The position numbers and the translations under genes are program-made. Of a DNA stretch of 64,000 nucleotides, positions 51,427 to 64,000 are shown one piece after another. Positions within the stretch are counted from its first letter, which is position 1; each line of letters starts with the position of its first letter. The DNA is taken from positions 21,638,001 to 21,702,000 of the forward strand of contig OX597826.1 in NCBI GenBank assembly GCA_951406725.2. The letters run 5' to 3'. The stretch is from Octopus vulgaris. Lineage: Eukaryota. The notes beneath the pieces are model-generated. The model did no database searches and was not told the DNA's origin. It saw only the letters and a program-made list of their open reading frames with translations.

Positions 51427-51533
51427 CGTTTTTTCATGGTCGCAAAAATTGTAATTAGAATGAATGGCAATATAGTGAGGAGACATGCATAGATGACTTC
51501 ATCGCCAACGCCTTCAAGGAAAGTTGATGACAT
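51427..51533 (-). CDS. RNF170: RNF170 first coding exon (MSSTFLEGVGDEVIYACLLTILPFILITIFATMKK)
   Basis: ATG at 51533-51531, gtgagc donor phase 2; EGVGDEV followed by a hydrophobic TM helix as in the RNF170 N-terminus; the 5 exons sum to 747 nt = 248 aa + stop. Confidence 0.9.
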
Positions 51534-52694
51534 TGCTAATCCAAGAGAGAAGAAATAGTAGAAGGAACTTCAGAACTGTGTTGCTTTACAGGTTTAGAAG
51601 AAAGATGTTTCTAATTTTACAGTAATTATAAACCAACTGTAGATTAAATTTATAGCTTCAATTTATTTTACAAACTGGTCTAGAAAATGGAGAGGAGAAT
51701 GGCATTAAAAGGTTTTATAAAATGTATATAAAGAAAGTTGTCAAGTCTTGTCTTTAATTAAACGCTGTGGATGACAGGAGAACACCGTTTGTGACACGTT
51801 TAATTAGAAAGACTTGTCAGAAATAGAAAACTTTCCCTCACTATTTAAACTTCCAACTTTCTTTGAGCAAACACCTTGTTGACATTTAGTATTAAAAAAT
51901 AAATAAAACATTTTAAACTCCTAAAGAATTAATAAACAACATCTCTGTAAGAGAAATATATCAAATAAGTTAAATATTTATAACATTGTGACAAATAACT
52001 TTGTAATTTACACAAAAGTCTCTATTTGTTTACGACAAACTTAAGTTGCTCAAACAATTAACAAACTCTACTAACATTTCAGTTTCTGTTGCCCGATTAT
52101 AGCTATATAAACTAATAAAGTAGTTCAATAACTATTTATATAGAGAGAGAGAGATGTTAAATTAATTAAGACGATGATTAATAAATAATTCTACCCCAAA
52201 ATAACTTGACAGTCTTCGGTGTTGTTCAACTTTTAGCGGAACTCGCTACAGTTATCTCCCTTGAAACAACCTTTTCTTTCTTTTTTTCTTTTATACTTTC
52301 TTCATTTCAGGCTGATGAAAAAATACGGAACGCTTCTCGTGCAATATATTTTCTCAGCTTTCATATAAGTATTGAAAAATGTTTACATACAAATACAAAA
52401 GGATAAGTTTATTTGCTATTATTTTACATCATTTTAATATTTCATTAATATTTACTGGCAACATGAAGTCAGTATTGATGTTGTATCTTCCTTTGTGAAG
52501 TAATGTTTATGACAAAGTTACTACTCCATACATTTAACAGGTCGTTGTCATCAGCCAAGTCGACGACTTCCACTTTGGAGAAACGTCTTTAAATAATAAA
52601 AACCTCCAGGGATGCTCGCTGATAATAATTCCATACTTTAATATATAAGAGTCTACAAATAATTACCTGACTACGTTGTCAATAAACTGACAAA
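51534..52694. promoter_or_regulatory. Putative bidirectional promoter / 5'UTR interval between RNF170 and the candidate Hook exon
   Basis: ~1.2 kb interval between divergent start codons, free of recognisable interspersed repeats, with some CpG-containing patches (52200-52340, 52540-52620). TSSs are not determinable from sequence. Confidence 0.4.
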
Positions 52695-52733
52695 ATGGAC
52701 CGAACCTACTCTTATTCAATGTTAATTAAATGG
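52695..52733 (+). CDS. Candidate first coding exon of a Hook-family (HOOK1/3-like) gene: MDRTYSYSMLIKW
   Basis: caaaATGg start context, strong TGG|gtaagt phase-0 donor. The short exon ends in L-x-x-W, like Hook exon 1, and lies divergent from RNF170 as HOOK3 does in human. No second exon was found in the window. Confidence 0.45.
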
Positions 52734-53200
52734 GTAAGTTGGTTAATTATTATTAAAACTCTTAATTACTCCATCTCTCTCCTCTTTTATAGACTTTGTA
52801 CATTTGCTTACTCAACTTTTTTGGCCGTTTTCTTTCTTGATCTTTTCATTTATAATTAAATTAGATTGGGATTCTTTAAAAATACTCAAATTCAGAATCT
52901 GTCATTTCATATAAACTAAATTTAAAGCAATGTTAATTACTGTTTTTTGATAAATCTTGCCTAGAGATAGTCAAATCTTGTCTATAGAAACATTGAAGTA
53001 CCACCCATTATTCGTCCTCCTAGCAACTGTGTACATAGTTTTAAGGCACACAAACCTTATATTTACTTTATAAACACTCAATCACATTAATGTCTTGCGA
53101 TTGATCTAAATTACCATTTTTTTAACTATTTCCTCTTGGAATATTTCACTCTGTTCTACGAATAGCTGTAAATTATGACCTACCGTAATTCTCTTAATCG

Positions 53201-53319
53201 TATATAAATATATATATAGAGAGAGAGAGACAGATAGATAGATATGGTTAGATAGATAGATAGATAGATAGATAGATATGGTTAGATAGATAGATAGATA
53301 TGGATAGATAAATAGATAG
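53201..53319. repeat. (TA)n(GA)n(TAGA)n compound microsatellite
   Basis: Directly visible. Confidence 0.95.
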
Positions 53320-55984
53320 AATTTTGCCATTTCATAGAATCTGCTGTTATTGGGTTACTTTATGTATGATTATCGCCAATCTTGACAGATCTTTCACCAA
53401 GTCCAATATTCTCGTGGGTTGTCTTGAAGCTCACTTCATTAATACAACTCCAAGAACGTGGCATTTCCACCGACGACTCTCTATTAGACAAATATTTACT
53501 GAATCCTCGTTTTGTTTTGGATAAAATTCCATTTTAATTTAGTTTAATATTGTGGCAGCTATAAATAGAATTTATGTGTTGTTTGTATGATGACATTTCT
53601 TTTTGGTGCTGGCACTTTTTTGATAGTTTGAGGAAATAACATGTAATGTTATGTAATTTTTACTAAAACACTTCTCGTATTAAATCCCTTCTGTTAACTA
53701 AAATATTTTGTAGTGCCTCTTCATGTCTCAATCAGTGATTAATACGCTTTTGGTTTCATATAACGGTAATTTTGATGAATATTATCATATTGTTTACTGT
53801 TCAATGTTCTTAATCATCATTTCCTTCGTCCAACGACCCTTTTTTATGACGCTAACCTCCCTCAGATCACACTCGACTACATGATGTAATCCGAGAGAGG
53901 ATGGTCATGGCTGGAATACTTTGATCATACCTCTACTGAGGGTTGACCAGCAGGATCAACGTCCCTTCGTCCACTTATATAAAGTGTCAACTCCGTTTGC
54001 CTCTCGAAAATTTTGTCGACTTCCCTCTTGCTCAGTTTTCTCCTATATTCGTCGAATACTTTTCTCAGAATCAAGACTGATCAAAACTGTTAGTGTGTGT
54101 GTGTGTGTGCGTCAGCAGTCACCTAAATTCTTCGTCAAACTTTTTTAAAGTTTGTAGAGAGAGGAATGGAGAGAGTTTGTTTGCCATAATATGTAAAAGA
54201 GAGAAAAAATATAGAAGTGACATACCATGGCAACACAAAGTTCTCTGTTCTTCAGACTCATCAATAGGTTGGTTATTTATATGGGACATGGTTGGAGAAG
54301 AAGATTTACACAACATGAATTATTTCAGCAAAAACAAAAATTATCCAATTTATTATTAACAGGCTTTTATCAAAATATGTATTTTAGTTTCGTTCATATA
54401 TACAGAAATATTTATTAGAACCTCCCCCCCTCTCTCTCTCTCCTAGAATATCATCTGATCCTGTAGACTGACCCTTCCACTGGACCCTGGTTATATATGA
54501 TTTTCTTGAGGTATCAGAGGAGCCCATACATGTTGCCAGTGGACCTATTAAAAATACCAGCCAAAATCCCTTACATCACGCTTTACTGTCTTCAAAAAAA
54601 CGAAGGACATGAGACAGTCATTGCTGAAATGTATGTAATCATAGGTCTGCTTGATCAGGACTGATCTATCGCTAAACAACCATTAGATTTAGTTTGCTTT
54701 GTTTTTGTTAATTGAAAACATGAAACCTACAAGTTAGTGCTGGAGATGCCCTGCTAGAAATAGCAGATCTCTCCCCCCACACACACACACACACAAATCA
54801 CACCCTATGGCCTTTGGTCATAGGTCTACACAGTCAGAGCTCAACTGGAGTTCCACAATACTTCCACATTTCCCTCTTTCATTCCTTGATCTGATTCAAT
54901 GACCCACCATGTGTTTCTGTTTGCACTCCACCTTAAAACCTTGAGATCACTGATGAAGGAACCTCTACAGTAAGGGTCCCCAAACTTTTTAGACCATTGA
55001 CCCCCTTAAATAGTCCCATCGACCACTTTGGAGAACCCTGCTCTACAGAGTTGTATAATTTTTTAGAAGTAGCAGCAAAATTCTCTCAAACCATTCCTTA
55101 CTGCATCAGAAAGCAACATGTTACAACATCCATGACTGGTGCCATGTTTCTGCTCCACTTGTCGTTGCATAATCAAAATTAAAAAACCAGGGACTTTTGT
55201 TTAGATTTTAGATTTTGAAGTAAAATTATTATTTCTTGCTCCCTAAAATCTCTTTCATTCCCCATAGGTTAGGGATGTAGTAGCTCCACCACAACCCCCA
55301 GCACCACAATTAGCGTGTTGGGAGGTCCTACCTACAGTGTTTAGTTGTATGTATATATTCTTTTATAACTGTAATTACTTTCGCACACACAACCATGCCC
55401 CAATGTGGAGGAGACACAGTTTGGTGCTGGACTGAAATGTCAAATCTCTCTTTCTGTAGCAACATTGTTGAAAACAAGTAGGGATAGAGGTGGGGCATGT
55501 AGAAACCATGTGAAATAGATTTACCACTTTGATGATCGTAGCCTTACTCTGTGTGTGTGGTTAAGAGGCTTGCTTCCCAACCATATGGTCTTGCATTTGG
55601 TTTCACTGTGTGGCATTTTGCATAAGGGATCTTCTACTAAAGCCCTTGAATTTGTACATGTATGTAGTAATGGCAGAAGCAGCTGAGAAGAATTCCAACT
55701 GGATCTGGTCTAAGAGGAATGGAAATGAATTAGAAAAGGCATAATTTAGCCAATAGGCGATTGGTGTGTTAGAGTGAAGTAGTTACAACACCCAAGGTAC
55801 CTTGGGTCCAGGGTACTTAAACCATCCATGTGGGTTGTCATGCAGGTGGTAGCACAGAATGTGATGGCAGAGGAGTATCCAGGATTTATGACATGAATAC
55901 AACGTGGGCCCCCTTTAGAATGTAAAAAGTTAAGGGCTAAAACACTTGCATGAGGGTGAGTGGAGAGTCTTCTCTGAAGACCTT

Positions 55985-56340
55985 CTGCTCTTCAGTTGTC
56001 TCTGCCATCACCCACTTCAACACGACAAGCCTTTCCATCACTCAGTTATCAGTGTGTGGCATTGCCACACCCCATGGCACTATACTCTCAAGGAAACAGA
56101 GGGAATAACTTCATATTCAAACTTGGTACCATGTCACTGGTCCGTTTTTCCTTCTACACCCCCTCCCCTTATTTCATTAAACCCTTTCTTATCCTTCATC
56201 TCCCCCTTCCCTACACCTCATTCTTAATTTCTTCTTTTCTTCTATCTACCTCTCTCTTTCTTTCTCTCTCTCTCTCTCTCTTTCCCCCTCTCGTCCTATT
56301 CACATATGAAGCTCCCAGATCTTTGCATTTCTTATAGTTG
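55985..56340 (+). mobile_element. Penelope-like GIY-YIG C-terminal remnant plus C/T-rich tail
   Basis: LSVCGIA…RKQRE*NFIFKLGTMS. Confidence 0.5.
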
Positions 56341-56897
56341 CAGCCATTTTTTTCATTTTTTTTTTTTCACTTAGAGGATGTAAAATTCTGCTGTTTCTTT
56401 AATTTCTCTCTCAACTTTTTCTTGAAGAAAAAAATCTGAGACATTAGATTTTCCACTCCTCACACCAATTTCATTCTTTTTGTTAATTTTACTAAATAAT
56501 ACAAGTCTTGCCGACACAGACCAACACCAATCTCTTTAGTGTCTGCTTTATTCTATATAAATCATCATCATTATCATTTAATGTCCATTTTCCATGCTGG
56601 TTTGACAAGAGCTGGCAAGGTCAGGTACACTACCAAGCTCCATTGTCTGTTTTGGAATGGTTTCTGCAGAGGAGTACCCTTCTTAATGCCAACCACTTTT
56701 CAGAATGTAAATGGGTCCTTTTTCATGGCACTAGCACACACATGAACATCATCACTACCACCACATATAAAAATATGAAACTGGTGCAGCCTTCTCACTC
56801 ACCAGCATTCAGTCAAGCCATCCAACCCATGCCAGCATGGAAAGCAGATGTTAAACGATGATGATGATGTTAATATTTTTATATATTTATGTCTTTA

Positions 56898-56922
56898 GAT
56901 ATATATATATATCTCCCCAAAA

Positions 56923-56972
<50 letters not shown>

Positions 56973-57080
56973 ATATATATATATACACATATATATACAT
57001 ACATATATACACACACATATATATACACAAATATACATACATAAATATATATACTTATATATATACATATATTTGTATAT
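56898..57080. repeat. (TA)/(CA)-rich degenerate microsatellite
   Basis: Directly visible. Confidence 0.93.
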
Positions 57081-57985
57081 GAAGCCAGTATGCTCCGATG
57101 GATGTGTAATGTCAGTGTACATACTCGACAGAGTGTAAGTACCTTGAGAGAGAAGTTGGACCTAAGAAGCATCAGTTATGGTGTGGTCATGTGGCAAGAA
57201 TGGATGAGGATAGCTGTGTGAAAAAGTGCCACACCCTAGTGATTGAGGGAACTTGTGGAAGCGGTAGACCCAGGAAAACCTGGGTGAGGTGGTGAAGCAC
57301 AACCTTCGAACATTAGGCCTCACCGAGGCAATGACTAGTGACCAAGACCTTTGGAAATATGCTGTGCGTGAGAAGACCTAGCAAGACAAGTGAGACCATA
57401 ACTCATGACCTTTACCAGGGGTGTAGGCAGCCCACTTATGCGTTCCTTTCCTTCTTTGGACACTAAACTCTGCTTGCGAAGACCTGTTGGGGCAAATGAA
57501 ATCGAAATTTAAACAAATTTGATGACTGGCACCCGTGCCAGTGGAGCGCAAACAGCTCCATCCGAGCGGGATCACTGCCAGAGCAGCTGTCTGGCTTCCA
57601 TGTCAGTGGCTCATAAAAAGCACCATTTGAGCATGATCGTTACCAGCGTCGCCTTACTGGCACTTGTGCTGGTGGCACGTGAACAAAATATTCAAGCGAG
57701 GTCATTGCCAGTGCTGCTGTACTGACTCCTGTGCAGGTGGCACATAAAAAACACCATTTGAGCATGGCCGTTGCCAATACTGCCAGACTGGCCCTTGTGC
57801 CGGTGGCACGTAAAAGCACCCACTACACTCTCGGAGTGGTTGGTGTTAGGAAGGACATCCAGCTGTAGAATCTCTACCAGATCAGATTGGAGCCTGGTGC
57901 AGCCATCTGGTTCGCCAGTCCCCAGTCAAATTATCCAACCCATGCTAGCATGGAAAGCGGACGTTAAATGATGATGATGATGAAA
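57080..57985 (+). mobile_element. RTE LINE 3' end with repetitive 3' tail (gtgccggtggcacgtaaaagcacc units) ending in (ATG)n
   Basis: [31 protein letters not shown]; repeated palindromic gtgcc.gtggcac units; the ctcggagtggttgg…gacgttaaatgatgatg tail is also seen at 11345-11508. Confidence 0.8.
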
Positions 57986-58027
57986 TACATGCATACATAT
58001 ACATACATATATACATATGTATATATA

Positions 58028-58081
<54 letters not shown>

Positions 58082-58119
58082 AACGTATATAAATACATAG
58101 TGAAAGTATTAATAGTTTC

Positions 58120-58381
58120 ACTATTAAAACTGAAAGTATTATCTCACATTACAATTGAGATGTTATTGTTTCACTTTTGACACATAATGCTGAAATAGTG
58201 TAGGAGATAAGAGATTGCTCCAAGCTCGCATTAGGCAAGAAGTCAAAAATTTTTTGGGCCCATGACACTGCATGGACCCTAAGTAAGGCATGTGTAAAAT
58301 TTGAATGAAATCAGTTGGGTACTTCATGAGTTATAGTGATTCACACAGACAGACACACATTCTCAGTTTTATATATGTAGA
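58120..58381 (-). mobile_element. Diverged 5' fragment of the same Helitron-like family
   Basis: cacacagacagacacacattctcagttttatatatgtaga terminus and aaggcatgtgtaaaatttgaatgaaat block match 26260-26518. Confidence 0.7.
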
Positions 58382-59734
58382 TTACATTTTTATTTTTTGA
58401 GACAGACTTCTGTACAATTCTTGTTTCAAAATAATATTCTGTCACTCTCTCATATCTTTCATACCTTGCTTAAATGAGAAATCTTATCTTTTTTAGTTAT
58501 CAAAATTTATTTTATAGGCTTTACTTTCTTTCTTCTTTTCATTCAGACCATGTCTTTTTACATATAATTATAGCGAAATTCTGTCTCTGTGCGAACCCTG
58601 TATCTCAATCTACATTTGCTCTTCATAGACATATTATACCTTTTTGGAATCAGGATGATCCCAGGATTGAAAATCTGCCTTTCATTTGATTCTTAAACAT
58701 CCAGCATTGGGATCTGATTTAAAAGCATTTGGGTTGCTATTTCTAGCAAGCAAAGCTTGGCTGATTCACGTCATCCTGGTTGGCGTTTGTCAGAATCAAT
58801 GGGGAGATAAACAACATTTGTTTCATTAATTTTATTGTCGAGATAAGAACTTTGGGGCAAACTGGCCTACAGTTGGAAATCAACTTGGGACTGGGAATGA
58901 TTGCACTACAGAATTAATTCTCATCTGCCTCTAACCTCTGATCAAACACCACCAGGGCCTATGGTCATTATAGTCATGTTATTTAGCTCTCTTTATTTTT
59001 GATCCACCAGCCCAATTAGCCCTTCGCTGGAGCCAGGCTAAAAGTCTGCATGCAGTGTGGCTATTAAGCTAGTTTTATATAATCTTATCTTGATCATCTT
59101 ACCTCTGATGTTATAGTATTTGTGTCATTCTTCTCTGCATATTACAGTTCCATCCCTAAACCCTTCAGTTCTCTATTTCTCGTAGAACACATCATCCTAT
59201 GACAACAACATTAAGACCAGCCAATGACATTCACAGTAAGCCAGCACCTTGTTTGTTTGGTTTTTGTTTTAAAGAAATGTTATGGTTTAATGTTAAATTA
59301 AGGACAAATCATTTCTGAGAGTGGCTCTTGCGAATTATTATAGCCTAGAGGCATTGTGCCAACAGCTTTGATCACACACAATGCCATTAAATAATCTCGC
59401 TGGTTATATTAGGTTATTGTTGCTGTTGTTGCAGTGATGATGAAAGAATTAGAACAAAACATAGGCTGAAGTTATAAATAAATGATGGTCCAATTCCTGC
59501 CTCAGGAAGAGAGAAGCTTGTTTCAGCAGGATTGGCCATCAGGAGTAGGAGGAAGCTGTCCTAAACCATCAGAAATGGGTGTGGAGGTATAACTGGTAGA
59601 CAACAACAGCAGCAGCAGCAAGGAGATTAATTTTTTTTTTTTTTTTTTATTGCTAGCATTAGGTGAGGATCAGGATTAACATGAATTATTAATGAGCACG
59701 TTATCATATAGTAAGACATCAATATTTATATGGA

Positions 59735-60220
59735 GGGAGGCAAGCTAGCAGAATCGTTAGGATGCCAGGCAAAATGCTTAGCAGTATTTCGTCTGCCATT
59801 ACATTCTGAGTTCAAATTCTGCCAAGGTCGACTTTACATTTCATCCTTTAGGGGTCAATTAAATAAGTACCTATTTCTTTACTACCCACAAGGGGCTAAA
59901 CACAGAGGGGACGAACAAGGACAGACAAACGGATTAAGTCAATTATATCGACCCCAGTGCGTAACTAGTACTTATTTAATCGACCCTGAAAGGATGAAAG
60001 GCAAAGTCGACCTCAGCGTATTTGAACTCAGAATGTAGCGGCAGACGAAATACCTCTAAGCATTTTGCCCAGTGTGCTAACGTTTCTGCCAGCTTGCCGC
60101 CCTGGGGTCAATTAAATAAGTACCAGTTACACACTGGGTCAATGTAATCAACTTAATCCCTTTGCCTGTCCTTGTTTGTCCCCTCTATGTTTAGACCCCT
60201 GTGGGCAATAAAGAAATAAC
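59735..60220. mobile_element. Two nested, oppositely oriented copies of an abundant SINE-like repeat
   Basis: ttctgagttcaaattctgccaaggtcgacttt on + and its reverse complement aaagtcgacctcagcgtatttgaactcagaat; duplicated ggggtcaattaaataagtacc. Confidence 0.65.
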
Positions 60221-62849
60221 TATCTATATGGAGGAGGTAGAGGGGTATAAGGGTAGGTAGAAGGGTACATCAGTGTTTGGTTGTGTTATCATGATGGCAG
60301 TGGCTGTGACAACAACTGTATTGTCATGTCTACCTACCCCGGGTGTTTTCAATGTGTCTCTTTATAATGTCTGCTTGTCCTTTGGAGTTGATTTGGACAA
60401 TATCTGGTAAGGGGGAAAAGGAGAAAAGTGTGGTCTCCACATAGGAATGAGGGAGGGTGTCATTAATGTAGAGAAGATTGTGATAGATATAACTGATTCT
60501 TAGGGAGAACTAGAGTTGATAGAGCAGTGGTGTGTGTATGTGAGAAAGAGAGAGAAAATACAGTTGGAGAAGGAGAGAGAGAGAGAGAGAGAGAGAGAGT
60601 TATTGAAAAGGTTGACAATTTAGTCAAGAAGTTGTCAGAATAAACTTTGAAATAAGGGTGAGAGAACAAGAGGTCTGTTAGTAAAAATTATGATTAAATA
60701 ATCTGGTGATCATCATCATCATTATCAGCCAAACTTTTTAGCTTACATTTATTGACATAGAAATGAAGATTAACAGAATTTTCGGCTGATTGGAACTGCA
60801 AGCTCTGCTGAGTATGTTGGACATACCATACATCAGTAGAACCAGAGTTAAAAGCACAAACTTTGGAATACACAAGATGAAGGATTTATTAGTTTGTCCT
60901 TTATCTTTATTCTTTGAATTCATGACCAATGAGGGAAGTGTCCAGTAAAGAACTTTGTTTTAATTTTAGAATAAAAAAAACAGACCTCACCAGTACTGGT
61001 GCCCCATAAAAACCACCCAGTCCACTCTAAAGTGGTTGACGTCAAGGACATCCCACTATAAAAATCATGTCAAAACAGACAGTTGGAGCCTGGTGCAGCT
61101 TCCAACCTTGCCAGCTCATTCAACATATGTCAGCATGGGTTGGGCGGCCATTAAATCCAAGAACTTCACAAGTTTGCAACTAGAACAGATTCAAGATTTT
61201 GAAATTTTACCATGTCTTGGTTAAAGTAATAACATAGAAATGATTATTTGCTAAATATGGGACAGAAAATTACAATAAACTGAATAGAAAGCACACATCT
61301 GTAGCCAATTGAGCATCTGAAAAGTCAAGTTCTTCTTCAGCTGTGGAGAGTTATTTACTCTTCGTAAGTCACAAGTATAGCCTACATTAGAATGTTTACC
61401 CACATCTCTGAGATGGTAAAACTATTACACATCCCCAAAATAGGTAAACCTTCAGTGACCAACATAACACTACTCAAACACTGTGCCTACTCTCTCTCTC
61501 TCTCTCTCTCTCTCCACCCCTGTTATATTTACAGACAAATCAGCACTGACCAACACACTACAAACACTGGTACAGTCATCTCTCTTTCCTTTTCTCTCAA
61601 TCACACTAACTGTTATATTCAGACAAATCTTCACTGACCAACATTACAGACACTGGTACATTAAAATGTTCTATTTTCTCTTTATCACCGCCACTGCCAC
61701 CACCACCACCACAGTTCCTGTCCTTCTAATAAACCTTACCTGAGACTATTTACCCAAACCTTTGTGCTTCCATACTGACATTCTCCCCACAGTCTATATC
61801 AGTCCATAGGAAGTTCAATGCTATCAAGTTTAACAGTTTGGAATTGGGAAAGTTTTGTGTATCGTCTGTGTTGATGAGCCAGGTCTGTCTACTAAACAGA
61901 TTTATGATAAAAATGCTACAGCTATGACCATTCTGTCTTATCATTGTTGTTTAGCACCAGGTCAGCCCCAATCCACCAGATCAAGTGTGTTAGAGCCCTG
62001 GCCATCCTCTCTTGTTCAGCCCTGGACCTTCTCTAGCACACCAAAAAGACCTATGGCCACTCCATTGTGTTGTTGTCCCAAGTCATTGCTCATCTACCAG
62101 ACAGATCTGTCATTAAGACTGTTTTGGGGCAATTGTGTTTTTAGAACCAAAAGTTTAGAAATTGGAATTAATTTGTTATACTGTATGGAGATGAAATGAA
62201 GGTTGGATTGTTTAGTTCAAAGCCCATCATCAAAGAGAATAATGGGTTTTTTTGGGGGTTTTTTACAAAAAAGAAAAATATTTTTCCTGTTCCAACAAAG
62301 ATTTTCTTTAAAATGTCAGAAATCCCACTTGGTTTCTTCAACTCTTTTTATTGTTTGTATATTTATAATCAATTATAAAGATTAATATTTATGAGAAAAA
62401 AGTAAAAACTATCCATTAATTTTACTTGTAGAGAGGTAGAAAGTGACAGGAAATGTGCGGAACTCAAGATGAAAGTCAGTTAAATCAACTTTGAATTTAC
62501 ATTAGAACTGCAGGGTTGGTAGTTTCCAAGATTAATTCTAGAAGCAGTTGTAACTGAGTATCTCAGAGATTCAATAACAATTTCTGTTGTTAACAGAATG
62601 GTTTGTAATTTACAAAGCCAGCCTTCCCCCACCCCATCCCACCCCTAGGATCAATAAGATAAAATGAAAAAAAAGTATCAGTCAACTGAAAAGTTGGCTT
62701 CAGCAGGAATGGAACCCAGAATGTAAAGAACCAGGAGAAATATTACAAGACTTTTTTCTGATGCTTTTAGGATTTTGTCAGTTTGGCAATTTAACAATTT
62801 ATTCTCTGCTTCCCAACTCCAAATAAAAATGTGAAATTATTAGAATTGT

Positions 62850-63830
62850 ACAGGTAGGAGTTCATCAAGGTTCAGTCCTTAGTTCCCTCCTTTTCATTAT
62901 TATCCTCTAAGCCATAACAGGAATTCAAGAGTGGCAGACCCTTGCCTTCATAGCAGATTCCATATCAAAGCTAGACAAGAAATCCTAGGTGTGGAAGCAA
63001 AATGTAGAATCTAAGGGCCTCAAGATTAACTTAACAAAGACTAAGGTCCTAGTAAGCAAGAAAACTGACAGGACCCCACCCGCTCACATAGGTGGCCCAG
63101 TTCAATTTGTAGGAAAGGGTTTCAGCTGGAACTCCATATAGTGTACCCAGTGTAAACTATGGACACACGAGATGCAGTGGATTAACAAGAACATTATCAG
63201 AGAAGATAGTTTTTGTATGTGGAAGACACACAGGATCCATGGAAACTTTAGAGACTCGGGAAATTTATTCTTTCAAATGCCCTGGTGACTCATTAGAGGT
63301 ACGAAATGATTTCTGCTACCAAGGAGACCAAATTAGTTGTGGGAAGGCTAGAATAAGACTAGGATGGAGGAAATTCAGAGAGCTGTTACCTTTGTTGGTC
63401 ATGAAAAGTTTCTGTCTCCAGGCAAAAGGGAGATTGTATGATGCATGTATAGGGACAGCAATTCTACATGGTAGTGAGATGTGGGTCCTGAATGGAGAGG
63501 ACATGTGAAGGGTGGAAAAGAATGAGGCAAGTATGCTCCACTGGATGTGTAATGTAAGTGTACATGTTCGACAGAGTGCTAGTGTTTTGAGAGAGGAGTC
63601 AGGCATCAGAAGAATTAGTTGCTGTGTGCAAGAGAGGAGACTGCACTGGTTTGGTCATGTGATGCAGATGGATGCCAACTGCTCCATAAAGAAGTGTAGA
63701 TCTCTCAGAGAAGGTGGAACATGTGGAAGTGGAAGACATGGGGTGAAGTAGAGAAAAACAACCTCAGGACTCTGAACCTGTCAAGCAATTTGACAAGGAT
63801 TGAGATGCCTGGCACTGGACCCATACTCTG
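62850..63830 (+). mobile_element. RTE-clade LINE RT fragment
   Basis: VGVHQGSVLSSLLFIIIL, FCYQGDQISCG, ARIRLGWRKFRELLPLL, RLYDACIGTAILHGSEMW, RRLHWFGHV. Confidence 0.85.
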
Positions 63831-63859
63831 CAGCAGAAGTGTTAAGACCGCTCCCTCTA

Positions 63860-64000
63860 ATGGTACCATGTAAAAGCACCCATGTGGTTCCACATAAAAG
63901 CGCCCATGTGAAGCCTCATAAAATCACCTGTGTGGTTCCATGTAAAACTGCCCATGTGGCACCATGTAAAAGTGCCTGTGCAGTGCCACATAAAAGTACC
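63860..64000 (+). repeat. Degenerate ~20-bp tandem repeat (ccatgtaaaagcacccatgtgg), RTE tail
   Basis: At least 6 imperfect units running to the window end. Confidence 0.75.

Noticed and set aside
56858-57172. Tyr/Ile-rich ORFs (similar ones at 10085-10363, 50637-50906, 57968-58180)
   Set aside because: Translations of microsatellites.
61520-61660. Imperfect ~90-bp direct duplication (ctgttatatt…cagacaaatc…cactgaccaaca…cactggtaca)
   Set aside because: Only two degenerate copies with no coding or structural signal; an ordinary local duplication.
63860-64000. CRISPR-like array
   Set aside because: Degenerate contiguous tandem units without unique spacers, in eukaryotic LINE tail context.
52740-64000. 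Second exon of the candidate Hook gene
   Set aside because: No AG-bounded frame resembling the expected (L/I)QTF…L.DG…L..I segment was found by eye; the region appears to be repeat-rich intron or intergenic DNA.

Overview
AT-rich eukaryotic genomic DNA with spliceosomal introns. The SINE and repeat vocabulary looks like an octopus or other coleoid cephalopod genome; this rests on my recognition of the repeat families, not a database search. I reconstructed two multi-exon genes by hand from GT-AG boundaries and codon phase. (1) A medium-chain acyl-CoA synthetase ACSF2 on the + strand has 15 identified coding exons from 7771 to 38205; its first coding exon was not found. (2) A complete RING E3 ligase RNF170 on the - strand has 5 coding exons from 51533 to 39353 (248 aa) and converges tail-to-tail with ACSF2. 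A 13-codon exon (52695-52733, +) head-to-head with RNF170 resembles exon 1 of a Hook-family gene, the same arrangement as human RNF170/HOOK3. The introns contain a full-length Tc1 (DD34E) nested in a SINE, a frameshifted mariner (DD34D), many SINEs, fragments of RTE, CR1/L2, R4/Dong-like and Penelope retroelements, MITEs and microsatellites. The most striking structure is a pair of near-identical ~1.5 kb non-autonomous Helitron-like elements in opposite orientation. Both carry a captured LINE ORF1-like fragment, one also contains the mariner, and together they bracket a single ACSF2 exon. Most short ORFs in the supplied track are spurious.
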